The position numbers were made by a program, and so were the translations under genes. Shown here in pieces: positions 13,090 through 25,380 of a stretch of DNA of 64,000 nucleotides. The stretch is from Dicyema japonicum (taxonomy: Eukaryota; Animalia; Dicyemida): NCBI GenBank assembly GCA_011109175.1, contig RDEW01000008.1, positions 175,145 through 239,144 on the forward strand, in the 5' to 3' direction. The number at the start of each line of letters is the position of its first letter. The stretch's first letter is position 1. The notes below the pieces were generated by a model, which was not told the origin of the DNA, made no database searches, and was given only the letters and a program-made list of their open reading frames with translations.

Positions 13090-14625
13090 GTGTCATGTGG
13101 CTCACCAGAAACGGTCTCACCCATTCCAAAATGGAACGAAAAGAGCCAACAGCTTCTCCCCACCGTCCGGTGGTCCTCTCATCTCCTGTGTCTTCGACCC
13201 TGTCTGGTGTCCCCATTTATCAAAACTTTTGATTCTTCTATGTGGGGACGTCGAAAACAATCCTGGTCCATGGAGATGTTTTACAATTATACAACTGAAT
13301 ACGAATGGGATCAGGAAGAAAATCTTTGAACTCCGGGCACTCCTCCGCGAAAATGAGGCTGACCTCGCTTTAATACAGGAGTCAAAGCTATCTCCCTCCA
13401 TACCAACACCCTCTTTTCCCGGATGGTTTCCTCCGCGTAGGTCCACCGCTACATACTTGGCTACCCTATCGCAGTTCATTGCCGATGGTTTTAACACCCA
13501 TCCCCCGTTTCACAAACCACAATCTTGGTTTCTATTGACATCAACAAAGCTTTTGACATTGTTTCGAGAAAAATCCTGGTAGGAAAAATATTTTCTACTA
13601 ATATTCGTCCGAATGTGAAATTATGGCTTGCCAACTTTTTGTCTGGAAGACGTGGAAGAGTAGTCAGTGGTGATCTCAGATCTAGATCACGATTACTACC
13701 GAACGGGGTACCACAGGGGTCTCCACTTTCACCAATTCTATTCAACTTATTCCTACACGACAAACCTAATGATGGAGACGAAGATTCCCTCCTATTTTCC
13801 TACGCAGACGATGTAGTCATTGCATTACGGAACCGTTCGACGCAAGTCACATCTTTAAAAACTCAGACAAAATTGAACATTCTCCACGATTGGATTGTTG
13901 GCAATCGACTAACGATTTCTGCAACCAAGTCTATCTGTTCCACATTCATGTCGGACCGTCGTTCAATGATGAACCGAGTCTTTTCATTGGTCCCACTCGG
14001 ATTCCAGTGACAAGGTCCCCCACTGTTTTTGGAGTCAAGTACGACAGCCTTCTCAAATTCAACTCCCACGCAACAGACATGATCACCAGGGGCCTCCAGA
14101 AAGCTAACGTTATACGCGCCCTTGTCCGGAGGACCACGAGGAACATGGACTTTTCCGTTTCTACTCTCTACCAACAAACAATCGCGCCTGCCATTGAGTA
14201 TGCCTCCGTTGCATGAAGATTCGGGCTATCGGAGTCTTTGGTCCAAAGAATCAACTCGATATACCGGAAAACAATCAGTATGTTTTCCCTACGTAATGGA
14301 TCAACAGTCGACCCACTACTCATGGAAGCTAAGATCCGTAGTCGTGGCTCCGGATTTCTTCGCCTCTGTGAGGAAGATGGAAATCCGCTTCGCTTGATCC
14401 TTTCCAAGGCAAGAAAAAACCGATTGGATAAAAAATTCCCCTCCCCGATCGGATTCCTCTGCAAGAGCGAGAGAAGGCTCTTCCGGAAAGTAGTGGGGAC
14501 GATGGAAGATCACAGACGTCGAATGGCACAAGTGATTGCGAAAACTGGGATCACCTAACTGTATGACGCTTTTGTCTTTCTTTCTCGGTGTTCCCGGGGT
14601 TATTAAAATAAAATAAAAATATATT
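13090..14625 (+). mobile_element. internally deleted APE-type LINE with 2A-like peptide (clade unresolved: L2/CR1/ingi-like)
   Basis: LLILLCGDVENNPGP precedes IIQLNTNGIRKK...IQESKL (APE N-terminus). The sequence then jumps directly to RT: RRST, SIDINKAFDIV, GVPQGSPLSPILFNLFL, YADDVV. The ORF ends KTGIT*, followed by a hairpin and A-rich tail. Confidence 0.88.
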
Positions 14626-14677
14626 AATAACTTTAATAAATTACAAACTATTTACTTATATGTAATGTCAGATATTG

Positions 14678-14788
14678 AACACGTTGCTGGTTAATGGTTG
14701 TTGTTGATAAGAATCATCTAAATTCATCGAATTATGCGGACTTCTGTGCCGAATTGAGTAAAGAAAACCCCAATCGAACGTCCGCCGA
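14678..14788 (+). mobile_element. 5' snippet of the R4-like RLE element (also at about 40200-40300)
   Basis: Aligns with the reverse complement of 42455-42562 and reads MVVVDKNHLNSSNYADFCAELSKENPNRTSAE. Confidence 0.8.
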
Positions 14789-14793
14789 AAAAA

Positions 14794-14935
14794 AATCCCA
14801 CCAGCAAGTGGGATTCTTCACGTCTGACGATCCTTCCTTTGGCATAGGTAGCCAGAGTACCTATGCCACATAGGAGTTTCACTACTCCTACCTTCGGCAC
14901 TTCGAGCCTAACTAGTGTAGTAAGCCGCCCGAATA
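14794..14935. ncRNA. candidate structured RNA element: cluster of four hairpins (unidentified; second copy about 40297-40440)
   Basis: Perfect stems AATCCCAC/GTGGGATT (8 bp), GGCATAGGTA/TACCTATGCC (10 bp) and TAGGAGT/ACTCCTA (7 bp), plus an imperfect fourth. On the minus strand the last hairpin is followed by a T8 run. Confidence 0.35.
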
Positions 14936-15349
14936 CATGATTGTTGTGTTTTACCTATATTTGAAATTTTCTTATTCATATGACATATAATCGATACTGG
15001 GCAAGTTCTAAATCATAAGTTGTTCCTCATCGGTAATTGTGACAATAGACATGATCTTTTTTCGTAATTTAGAAAATTCTTTGTGCGAGAGTCCCTGATT
15101 ACACATCTCAGAGTTACGTTCAATAATATCGAGGCCGCATCTTTTAGGATTTCATAAGCCACTCAGTTTAACCGCATCGTCCCATCATCCAAATATCAAT
15201 AATTGATAAAAGTGCCATTTACAAGGCCTGCCTCGTCGACTTCTACTAAAAGACCACGGTAAAACCAAACTAATTATCACGTGATCTCGACGATGACTTC
15301 TCTTCAATTGTTCCAAAATTTTACTCCTAGTTTCCTGGAGGGAGTTCGA

Positions 15350-16640
15350 CCCCTGAAAACGAATTGATATTTTTTAGATCCCCGATCATCAGGAGTGTGA
15401 TGAAGCATGTATTCCTTGACAAAAAAACAACTCCTATGCAAATCGCTGAATAGATTACAAATACTTGACTCACAGCACTATTCCTCATGAATAGAAGTTT
15501 TAACATTCAGAGAATCGCTTATTTACTCAGGGCAAAACCGTAATATTCCCAACTAGAGCAGTTTGAGCATTTTGATTTGTCTTTCCTCAGCTCTACGGAG
15601 CAAATATTTAATGTCAAATTCGACGATGCTACATGGAAGCAAGCTACACTCTCAGTTAGATTTGGGAACCTTGGAATCCGTCGTACTTTGGACGTCTCAC
15701 TTCCTGCACATCTGTCTTCACTCACGGCCTGTAAACCTTTGGTCAGGAGGATTCTACACTCCCTACCCGATTTCTCAATTGACCTAGACATAATTTACGC
15801 ACGGAAAGCCTGGAATGCCACCAACCTCTTCCTACCACTTTTACAAGACTTTCAGCCAAACCTGGACAATTTATTATGTTGGACTCTTACTGGAATCAGC
15901 CAATCAGCACCGACGCGCTTGTTTGCATTCGAGGAATTCCCCGAGAGAGGTGCCTGCTCAAAGCCATTCCCAATGGAGTTCTGGGTACCTTCCTGGATGA
16001 TGGATGCGTCTGTATTGGGATCTCATTGCGACTGTGATTAAAAGTATGTATTCAACATCCGTGCCGATACGGAGACAAGATCGACTGTTTTGGCCTACAC
16101 TCTCTCTCCTGCAGGAAGAGTGCAGGCATATTTCCCAGACACATGGCCATGAATGAACTCGTTAGGCGAGCTTTTGACGCCGCCGGACATCCCTCCATGC
16201 TCGAAACTGTCGGCCTTTGCAGACGGGACGGTAAACCAGATGAGATTAGAATCTTTTCATTTGAAGGCAAGAAACCATTTGTCTGGGACGTTACCTGTAA
16301 CGACACAATTGCGTCTTGCAACCTACTCTAGAGTGCCTCTGAAGCCTGTTCTGACACTGAGAAGTCCAAGAAGATGAAACGAGAATAGTACGCTGTCTTA
16401 CCCAATTATTTTTTGTTTGTTCCACTCGCCGTTGAGACGTCTGGTTCCCTTGCCCATGGGACGCAGGAATTCTTGAGTCGTCTAGGAAATCAGATCGTTA
16501 CACGAAAAAAGAACCTCGTGTTCGCATCTGGCTATTCAAGCGACTCTCGCTCGCTATCCTGAGAGGGAATAGTCACGCAGTCAGGGCAGCGTCTATATAA
16601 CCTTTTACTCTGCTTTCTTACTTCAAATTAGTCCAGTATA
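15350..16640 (+). mobile_element. degenerate CRE-clade RLE retrotransposon (RT C-terminus, CCHC, PD-(D/E)xK endonuclease)
   Basis: WKQATLSVRFGNLGIR, RHMAMNELVRRA, DGKPDEI, VWDVTC, LAVETSG, with frameshifts. Confidence 0.85.
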
Positions 16641-17961
16641 ATAGTTTTTATAAAAAAAATTAATATTGATTAAATGACAGGTGATATGTAACCAACACGG
16701 GATGGGTAACCCATGCGGGAACGACATTTATATCCTCCTACCAATGTGGAATCATTCATATTCCAATAAGTAAAGGCTGTTGTTATTACTTTGTTGAAAT
16801 CTTGTTAAATAATTACTTTTTCATGCACCGTGAATACACTAAGTAGTGAATTTGACACATTTATTTATCCTATTGAATTTTCCATTAATAAATAATTATT
16901 CCAAAGACCAAAAGTAAAACCAAACAAATTCCCTGATTTTGACGTATTCCAGAAAAACCTTCACACAAGAACAGTGATCCAGAAGACGTCCTCCAAAAAG
17001 CTGAGATCGATTCAAGAGCTCGTTAGCAGGGAACGAAATTGTCTCCATGTGGGATGAATAGTTTACTTTTTTAAATGCTGACAGACATTTGCCGTCTCTT
17101 GAGTTAGAAGGATTTAATGACGACATTGGATAGAACGAAAATGATAAGTCAAATAACATGTAACACATCAAAGCATTTGCCGCCTTGACAAGTGATTGGA
17201 AAATATTTATGGAGAGAAATTCGTCATGCTGACAATTTTTGACTATAATAAAAGATATTTAATAAAAAATTAATGAGACACATCACATCAATATCTACAT
17301 TGAGCGAACCAATCCACTGTAGTAAGAAAGCGAGATATCTTTTTTAAAAGCCGTAGTGGCACTGGGCGTTTTCTCGATTCATGTGGATCCTTATTGATGT
17401 TTAAGGATTAGAGAAAGCAAAAAAAGGAAAGAATCCTAGTTAATGTAGGTGGAAGTGTAGGAATCTAACTCGCAGCCAATCGTGAGTGAAAGCACTACCC
17501 ATTATCTAACATCGAAAAAGGAATCATCAAGAAAAAAGAGTTAAACCATCAATTAAGAGACTTCGACAGGAATGAGAGGTTTTTGCTGTGTTCTATCATA
17601 GTACCACAGCTTTTCTGAATCCAATCGTTATTCTTAAATAAGAATTTGGAAAGACGTTGGTTTTTTCTCAAATTTACATGTTTTGCCGACTTGTATAGCT
17701 GATTAGTAGAAACGATAGGATTCGGAGCCGCATAGTAATGAAGCTGGAATTGTTGTTCAAGATTCTCACGTTGTCGAGTAATGGAGGAATAGTTAAAGAG
17801 AGAAATTGATAATGTTAACTATATTTTCAATAATTAAAGATATTTAATAAAAAATGGTAATGAAATATCTTTTATCATAGATATTTAATATATAATTATA
17901 TCAAAAAATTAAGATAAAAATTTAAATAAAATAAAATTTGACCTAATAAAATTTAGATTAC

Positions 17962-19276
17962 ATGAACAGGACTATTCTTTATATCATAATTATTCTGTTT
18001 AGCAAAATAGTCAAAATAAAATGTGATAAGAAATATATTAATTGATTCATATGTAATTTATAAGAATCCTTCTAAAGTATATTTTCGTTAACTTTAGGAA
18101 TATAGTTTATCAAAGTTACAATTCGATGAACAAATTGATGTATGGCAAACTATTGGTACGTATTTGTTTTCATTCACTAACATAAAATTTAAACTTCTTT
18201 CATACTTCTACAATGAGTTTTATGCTTTTGACTTAGTAACAAACATTGATTATGGTACGTTTTTAGTTGTACTTAAGCTGGTATGCAATATAATAGTATC
18301 ATAGAGATTCCTAAAACTAAATTTGGGGAATACTACCGATGTGGTTATGCTCATTTTAATTTTTCGAATAATATATCTGTTACATTCTATTCACTCAGGT
18401 TGCAATATCACGATAATGGTTTTTTTCCTTATTTTACTGGGAAAGGTTTTTTATTAATTTTATTTAGCTAATGACTGTAACCCAAATAATGACCCAAATA
18501 CGCCGATTTTGTTTTTATTTAACCAAAATACAATCCGAGCAGTAATAAGTGGAATTATCAAAATATCATATATATGACAATAACCAAATTGTACACGTTT
18601 GCATTGATTCTTAGATAACAGATGAGTATTTCGATGATTATTACTATAACTCAAAACATAATTATAGTGACAATAAATATATATTGTATGGTAGATTATT
18701 CTAAAATATCTATTACGGCGTATAAACAATATGGGAATGAATATCGTATTAATAGATTTTCTGTTTGTGTTGGGTATAAATTAAAAAAATGTGTTTCACT
18801 TAAAAAGCAATTTAAACAAATTAAAATGGGCGGATATAATCACTGTGGATCCATCTCACAAAACTATAAAAATGTGTCTATCGAAATTTCATCTTTAAAA
18901 TTACAATTATTCCGTGATGATTTGATTTTTGAATTTATTGGAGATGGTAAATAAATCCGACTGAATTTTAGATGAAGGATGCTTTGAAGCACAATCATCT
19001 ACTGAAATTAAAGAGCAAAAAACACGATTAAACATCATTAAGATGGTTAGTAACCTCGACTAAATTTTAGATAAAATAAGTTTTGAAGAACTATTATCGT
19101 CTGAAAGTAAATCCGTAAAAAAACTGTCGAAACATCAAATAATTGGAATCGTGTGTGGAGTTGTCGCACTAGTGGTGTCATTGGTACTATTTATAATGCT
19201 TACTGTCGTCATTGCTAATATTTATATCAAAATGAAATCTTGTAAAAAATCATTCTTCACCGAACCATTCATTTAG
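17962..19276 (+). CDS. type I membrane glycoprotein with two tandem LAMP-like domains; 7 tiny introns; apparent +1 frameshift near 18570 and uncertain 5' junction (possible pseudogene or sequence error)
   Basis: N-terminus is signal-like (MNRTILYIIIIL). GT-AG introns: 18077-18097, 18255-18277, 18446-18467, 18591-18614, 18667-18694, 18947-18971, 19050-19070. A GxYxxC...(L/M)xLQ...FxG...C pattern occurs twice (GEYYRCG..LRLQY..FTG..DC; GGYNHCG..LKLQLF..FIG..GC). TM helix IIGIVCGVVALVVSLVLFIMLTVVIANIYI. Confidence 0.7.
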
Positions 19277-19559
19277 TAAAGCTAATTATGATTCTTTTTT
19301 GGTTAAATTGGGTTAATGGTTTATTTAATTAAAATATTCACTAATTGATTTTTTCGCAGCTGAGATGTGTCAGTTTCTTGGCTCACATCCAGATATGTTC
19401 TTTTAACTAGAGACCTGTTCATTTTGTCTCGACTCTGTATGGATTTCCAAATTATTATTTTAATATTAATATACACAAATAAATTTAGACCTTTTAAATT
19501 TCGTAGGTCGTTATTTTCTTTTATGTTACTATTTTTTAATATAATAGATAAATTTATTA

Positions 19560-21260
19560 TTAGGAAACATGAGTAGTTAATTACTGAGTCCAGCGGATAT
19601 GATCGAGTGGCTGTTACCTTTGACTACTGCCAGGGATATCCTTTGAAAAGCCACTCGGTTTCCCGACGCTCCCTCGAGCTTTGGTAAATAGACACCCAAG
19701 TGCTCTAAGGAAAGAGACTGTCTTGGGGCCAAAGACTCCGCTCGTCTCGACGACCACTGGCTGTACATGGAAACGGTTTAGGAGGCTGCTGTATTTCTTT
19801 ATTTTTGAGTTTTCATATAAACGGGCGGCCTCTCCCGCTTTCATTGCCGACCTCAAAAGTTTCGACTGGGAAAAGTTGTCAGTACAGGTAGCATCCCAAA
19901 TTAAGCATTTGCCCCGAGAGAAGGGGAAGACAGTAATTCCATCGGGTCGCTTCCCATCATCCCTACTCAAGCCCGTTGGCTCTAGAATGGATGGGTATCC
20001 CGCCAACTCGAGGGCGCGCTTCACCACTTCATTTATAGCCTTGTGTCTAGCAAATCGACCTGCGCTTTTTCGACAAGAAAGGGCATGATGTCCATAGCAG
20101 TCGACCTTCCGGCCGCATCGGCACTCATGGGGTTGACAAACTTTCAATCCAAGTCTGATGGAGACTCCGGTGCGGACCGTTTCATCGTCTAGGTGAGTTC
20201 CCACGTTTCCAATGGGTAGGGCATTGATCCAAGCCCCGCTCCACTCGCATCTTGCAGTAAAAAGACAGGCTCGTCGGTGTTGGTTAGATATTTTCAAAAG
20301 CCTCTCGTATTTATCCTCGCAAACAGACTCATAAAGGTCTCTCTGCCCGGGTTGTTTGACTTTAGGGTGTACCAAATCTTCGATCTTTGACGACTCTGAT
20401 GGGAGCTGGAGAATCATCATGATCAAATTCTGATTGGAGTCCAATGAAGATTGATATGCCGGGTGTGCTAAATCAGATAGTGAGAGAATTCCGAGTCCAC
20501 CAAAGCGAACGGGCAAGGTTGCTTGTTCCCATCCTTGTTCGTCGAATTCGACATTAGTAATACGTTCGGTCGTAGACCAGAATAGGGAGTCAATCGCCCC
20601 GAGTTGTTGCATTTTCAGGTAACATGGAGCTCCTCGAAGATCGTAATTTAATTTCTGCGTGGATAAAGCGTTTTTCATGAGAAAAAAAAGGTATGTGCAT
20701 CCAGCATCCCAAGGCGTAAAAAAGTTTTAGCTTTAAACCAAGCGTATCCAATTGGGTTAGTAATTTCTGTAGACAGTCATATACATTGTTAGGATGACCT
20801 CCCAGGGTGCAATCATCCAAATACCACACGTTCAGCGGAGTAGTAAGGCATCTCATGACACGGTCGACACCGAGGCAGAACAATGCCAGTCTTAGTGGGT
20901 CTCCTTGGTGAACTCCACACGACGAGGGAATGAAGTATTTCCCATGTACAAGACTGGACGGTTTTCCATACGAACAATGAACATAATTATATATAGACGG
21001 GTAATGGGTAAGACAATCTTCCAAAATTACATCGCGCCGTATGGTATTGAAGGCGTTTTTTATGTTAATCTTGAGGACCACACAAGGCATGTTCGTTCTG
21101 TTTCCAGTAAACATCCGAACGGCATGAACCGCCGCCTCACATCCACCAGGAGTACCGACCCCTACTTGGGTTGGTCGCAGTTGTTTGACAAGCATCGGAA
21201 GGATTGCTCTGCTAGCAAGTTTAGAAGCTGCAATCAGGTTTTAACTGAAGAATTTCTGTA
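19560..21260 (-). mobile_element. 5'-truncated CRE-clade RLE retrotransposon, best-preserved copy
   Basis: QVGVGTPGGCE, INIKNAFN, GVHQGDPL, WYLDD, CRCGRKVDCYGHHALSC, RHKAINE, RPDG, WDATC, VETSGVFG. Confidence 0.92.
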
Positions 21261-23327
21261 GTTTATTATTTAATATTGTAGAAACAGTATCACCCAACCT
21301 GAGGTTAAAATTATCATTTTATTTTTAAGGATCCTCAATCAAATAATTAGTTTCTTGTTTTGGCTTCTTGTCTCGGCATTTGGTTATTTTCACGATTTTC
21401 TGTTAAAATAAAATTTTTGGCTTAAATTGTTTCCCTTTAATAGAATAGTCTTCTAACATCAAAGTTTCAATATATTTTTGCTTGCCAATTATTCGAGTGA
21501 TTAATTGGTTGAAAGGTTGAGGTGGTGGCATACCTCTATTGCACCAAATGTCTACTTTGCTTTATGATGTGAAAGCATTTGCCTTCGCTCTTCCTGTGAG
21601 CATGGACAAGGTAATTGACTTTGTAAATATCGGAAATCCCACGTTTCGGATGCACGTAGAATGCGGGTTCGAATCCTGGCCAGGACAAAATAAAATGAAC
21701 TTGAAGGATCATCTATCATAAGCTCATATATAAGATAGGTAACATGTGTGTTGTTGATGAAATGTAAAATCTTTAGAATAATGTTTACATGAAAAAATTG
21801 TTGTGATATTGTTTTTGGGAGTTAATATGTAACCATATAATGTTGGTACTTAAGAAAAAGCATTTTCTAATTACTGTTGTTTCAAGCGGAGTATCTTTTG
21901 GACACTTCTAAGATTTGTTTTTATGATCCAAGATTTTATAAATGAAAAATATGTTTGTGATGAGTAAAATCACGTACTCTTCAATATTAGTTAGGTCAGG
22001 TTATCAAAAATAAACAATTAATTGATTTTAAACTCAGCAGATGCCGGTAATTGTGGAACAGATTTAGGTTTGTCTCATAATGAAGTGATCCATTAAGTGG
22101 AACTTTTGCATTTTCTCAATTTTCCTCATATTTGTCCAAGATATGGACGGTCTCCATGAGGCGCATGCATGAGATACATGGCTCGATGTACTGTTTGTAC
22201 ACGTTCATCAAGACTGGGTGACTACAACTCTTCCATATTCCCGATAAACTTTTAAATGCGTTAACTGGGACAGCTGATGTAAGAAGTTTCGGAACGAGAA
22301 AGCGTCAGATCCAATTTGCTGTGGGTTTGAATCTCGTTCGGTACAAGTTTGGGGAACTTGGACAAATATACTTTGAAAAGGAACAAAAGAATTATTTATA
22401 TTTTTAATTCCCATGCATTCTTAGGAATAATATTGATATTCCAGGTTAACAAAATTGTTGGATAATAATTGATTGATTTTACGTTTAGAATTTTTGCATG
22501 AAGAGGTATTAATTGATGACATATGTGAAAGAAGTTGCTTGATGGATCGTCATCAATCAATGAATTTTAAAATTACGTACCTGAATAGAAATTAGGGAAT
22601 GACTATTTTATCAGAGTAAAAAAAACTTTATTTCAAAATGGGTTTAGGAGTTAGGTTTAGGGGTTTTTTTTCCTAACCGCCAAATTCTGGAATTCGAAAA
22701 AAAACTGTCTGTTAGAAAAATTTATTATTTGATAAACCAATTATCAATGCTGATGTTAACCCCATTTCCTTTCTTCAACGCTTTTGAAATTTAATTTACC
22801 CCTTCTATTCCATTTAAATTAAATAATTCAGACTGTTTAAATAGAGATCACTTGGAGGTTATTTCCTTATTGCTTCAATCACCTCTTGAGCGGTTGGTAG
22901 AATGGGTAAAAGAGTTGTCAATGTAAAGAAAAATGAGATTCTGTCCCGACTCAAAAACCCTCGCATTTGCAAATAATTTTCATAACGCCTGGATATGGAT
23001 ATCCTCCGTGGCTTGGCAATGCTCACTGTTTCCTGGTAACTAAACCATAATTTGTTACTAGACCGGTTTGCGTTCCGTCTATTGTGGTTTGGACTGGTAG
23101 AAGAATAAGAAAATTGACAACGCTAGGTCAATTTTGTCGGCGGAACCATCTGACTAGTATTTAGTTTTTGTTTTAAATGTCTTAGTTTTTTTTTCAAATA
23201 TAACATTATTCAATTTTTCATACTTAGCAAGTTTAATATAAAATCAGAATTTTTAGGCAGACGCTGCGGATTCTATAAATTTCTTGAGGATTCAGGATTC
23301 TGAGGAATTTTATATAATACTTGAGAG

Positions 23328-23860
23328 CAGAGATTCCTATCCTGTTTTCCGCGAAGTTCCAAAAAATTTTAATTGTTTTTTCAAAAGAATAATTTTTCAA
23401 AACGAATTAATTTAATTTGCGTGTGTCCAAATGTAGTTTTGTGAAAGTGCATATCTTAAAGTTCGATCGTATCGAAAGTTATATTGCCTTTGGTTTCACA
23501 TGGACTGGGGACATAGATTACCCACTGCCATTTTGTGTTGTTTAGGGAAAAAAACTTGCGAATGGTGCTAAAAAAGAATATTTTTTGCGGATATTCGACC
23601 TGAATAAAGTTCAAGCATCCTGTTTTACAAAAAAATTCAAAATAAACGAAAAAGCACTGCATGCTAGTTATGCTGTTGCTGAAATTACCACTAAAAATAT
23701 GAAATCGAAACTGTTATTTTGCCTGCATGCAAAGAAGTAGTGAAGATAATTTTCGGAGAAATTGCTGCCGCTGAGCTCGACTTAATTCCTATTTCTTATA
23801 ATTCTGTGAGCATACGCATCAACGATATGTCTGATGATATTGAAAAATTTTAAAATTTGA
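23328..23860 (+). mobile_element. hAT (Charlie/Buster-like) transposase 5' fragment
   Basis: GFTWTGDIDYPLPFCVV (BED-like region) and KALHASYAVAE...ETVILPACKEVVKIIFGE...NSVSIRINDMSDDIE. A CAG-initial TIR-like end lies at 23328. Confidence 0.8.
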
Positions 23861-24089
23861 TTCCGAATTAAGAGATGAATTAATCGACTTTAAAATTATA
23901 CATTTTATAATTAACTTTCAGAAAACCTCAGTTTTGGCAAATTCGAAGTTTATAGAAGTTTTTAAAATTATGTAATTTGATCTCTCAGATAATATTTTAC
24001 TTTCCAACCACCACCTTAAGCAATAATTGATCATCACCAAACTTTAAAACCACCGGCTTAAACAATAAGTAATCATCACCAAACTAAAG

Positions 24090-24470
24090 ATTGGTATGCA
24101 ACTTGCTTATAAAATTTATTCGAGATTTGTATCATCCATAAATAATGTCGGAATTTCCTCCGATTGATATTCCAATAATGAAGTAATATTTTTTCTTCTT
24201 TTTTCTTTATTTAATTCACTATTGCCTTTCTCTGGTCCATCCCTGATATCTTTCAAAGAATAACAGGCACCATCCAAGTGGACTCGAATAGTTTCTTTTG
24301 AAATATTTAAGCTGAAATTAGAATTTAAAAGAATATTTAAGCTGAAATTTGAATTTTAAAGAAAGGACACCATCCTTCTCATCAGCAACGAGATCAATAA
24401 CGGCCGGTCGTTTAACCTTGAATATTATAAATATGAAATACAGTCGTAGAGTTTTTTGCCGGTAATTCAC
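24090..24470 (-). mobile_element. IS630/Tc1-like transposase fragment
   Basis: Reverse strand reads ISKETIRVHLDGACYSLKDIR..PEKGNSELNKEKRRK and IPTLFMDDTNL, the first catalytic D region. Confidence 0.6.
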
Positions 24471-24769
24471 CATTCAAAAGTACAGACCCGTGGCGAACTT
24501 CTCAAAGAAGACACTGATTCGTTAAGAAATTGTACTCTCTTTTGATTTTAAACAAATGTGAAGACCGCTTCGAGTCAGTTCGATTTAGAAAAAATTCAAT
24601 TCTTTTAATCGACCGATTGGGAAGTGATGACTATAGTGAATGTCGAACTCGTCACATAGGTCATCCTTGTCATCGTGAAAGTCATCCTATTAATTATTAA
24701 ACTAGTACACATAAGTTTCTAGTAATCCTTATATTGCCACCAAATGTATAAAGGCTATATGGAATTCTC

Positions 24770-25380
24770 TCTTGAATAGGACGGATGTGCTTTTTTCAGG
24801 GAAATTCGAAACAGTGCGTACATCCAACGAGAAACCACCACTGCTTAATTATAATAAAATATTGATTAATTTGGATTTACCGAGAAAACATTTAAAAATT
24901 GATAGATTAAGATTAGAAAGTAGAAATACGCCAAAAACCGCTCATCTATTGGACATCACTTCGATGGCGAAGAATTTCTTGTGAGACGACAATGTTACTG
25001 AAGTCAATGTAGTCTCACTTGGAACGAAAAATGGAAAAAGTACCTTTGTGAACATTTATGTGTCTCCGCCTGGTTCTTCCCCGAAGCAATATGCTATACT
25101 CAATTTATCCACTTTGGCTTCATTGAACGACGTGATCATGGGTAGGAATATCAACGCAAAATTACGTTCCTAGCATAGCAGAACTACAAGTAAAACAAGA
25201 ATTAGAAGAAACAATCTCTCAAATGTTTAGACACATAAGGTGTTCTCTGGACAATTGTCTGTCTTTAACCACACGAATTTCATTCTCCATTTGAAAACCT
25301 TCTGGATACTTTCCTAGGCAGATTTACCCATTTCCAGCGAAACCTGGATTGCAGTGACAACCGCGATCTCCGTCTACGGT
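24770..25380 (+). mobile_element. degenerate LINE APE fragment
   Basis: FVNIYVSPP and NINAK motifs resemble the APE xxNIYxPP and GDxNAK blocks, with many stops. Confidence 0.45.

Noticed and set aside
13090-13150. Three-way junction upstream of the 2A LINE as a 5' ribozyme
   Set aside because: The stems GGCTC/GAGCC, ACC/GGT and TTCCA/TGGAA can form, but the linker is CTCACCCA rather than CTGANGA and no HDV P1 is available.
14816-14882. Hammerhead (CTGACGA at 14824) or HDV-like ribozyme (TTCACGT/TCCACGT L3-like heptamer)
   Set aside because: The stem after CTGACGA is followed by GTTTC, not GAAA. The heptamer is not closed by a P3 helix, and I found no P1/P2 partners.
14915-14922. U2 snRNA branch-recognition motif GTGTAGTA
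   Set aside because: Only 8 nt match, and the flanks lack U2 sequence and an Sm site.
19681-20088. Independent ORFs antisense to TEs (also 48578-48922, 50957-51280, 37170-37403)
   Set aside because: They are opposite-strand shadows of GC-richer retrotransposon ORFs with no motifs of their own.
21600-21700. tRNA gene (GGGTTCGAATCC B box)
   Set aside because: No acceptor stem or cloverleaf could be built. At most it is a decayed SINE head.
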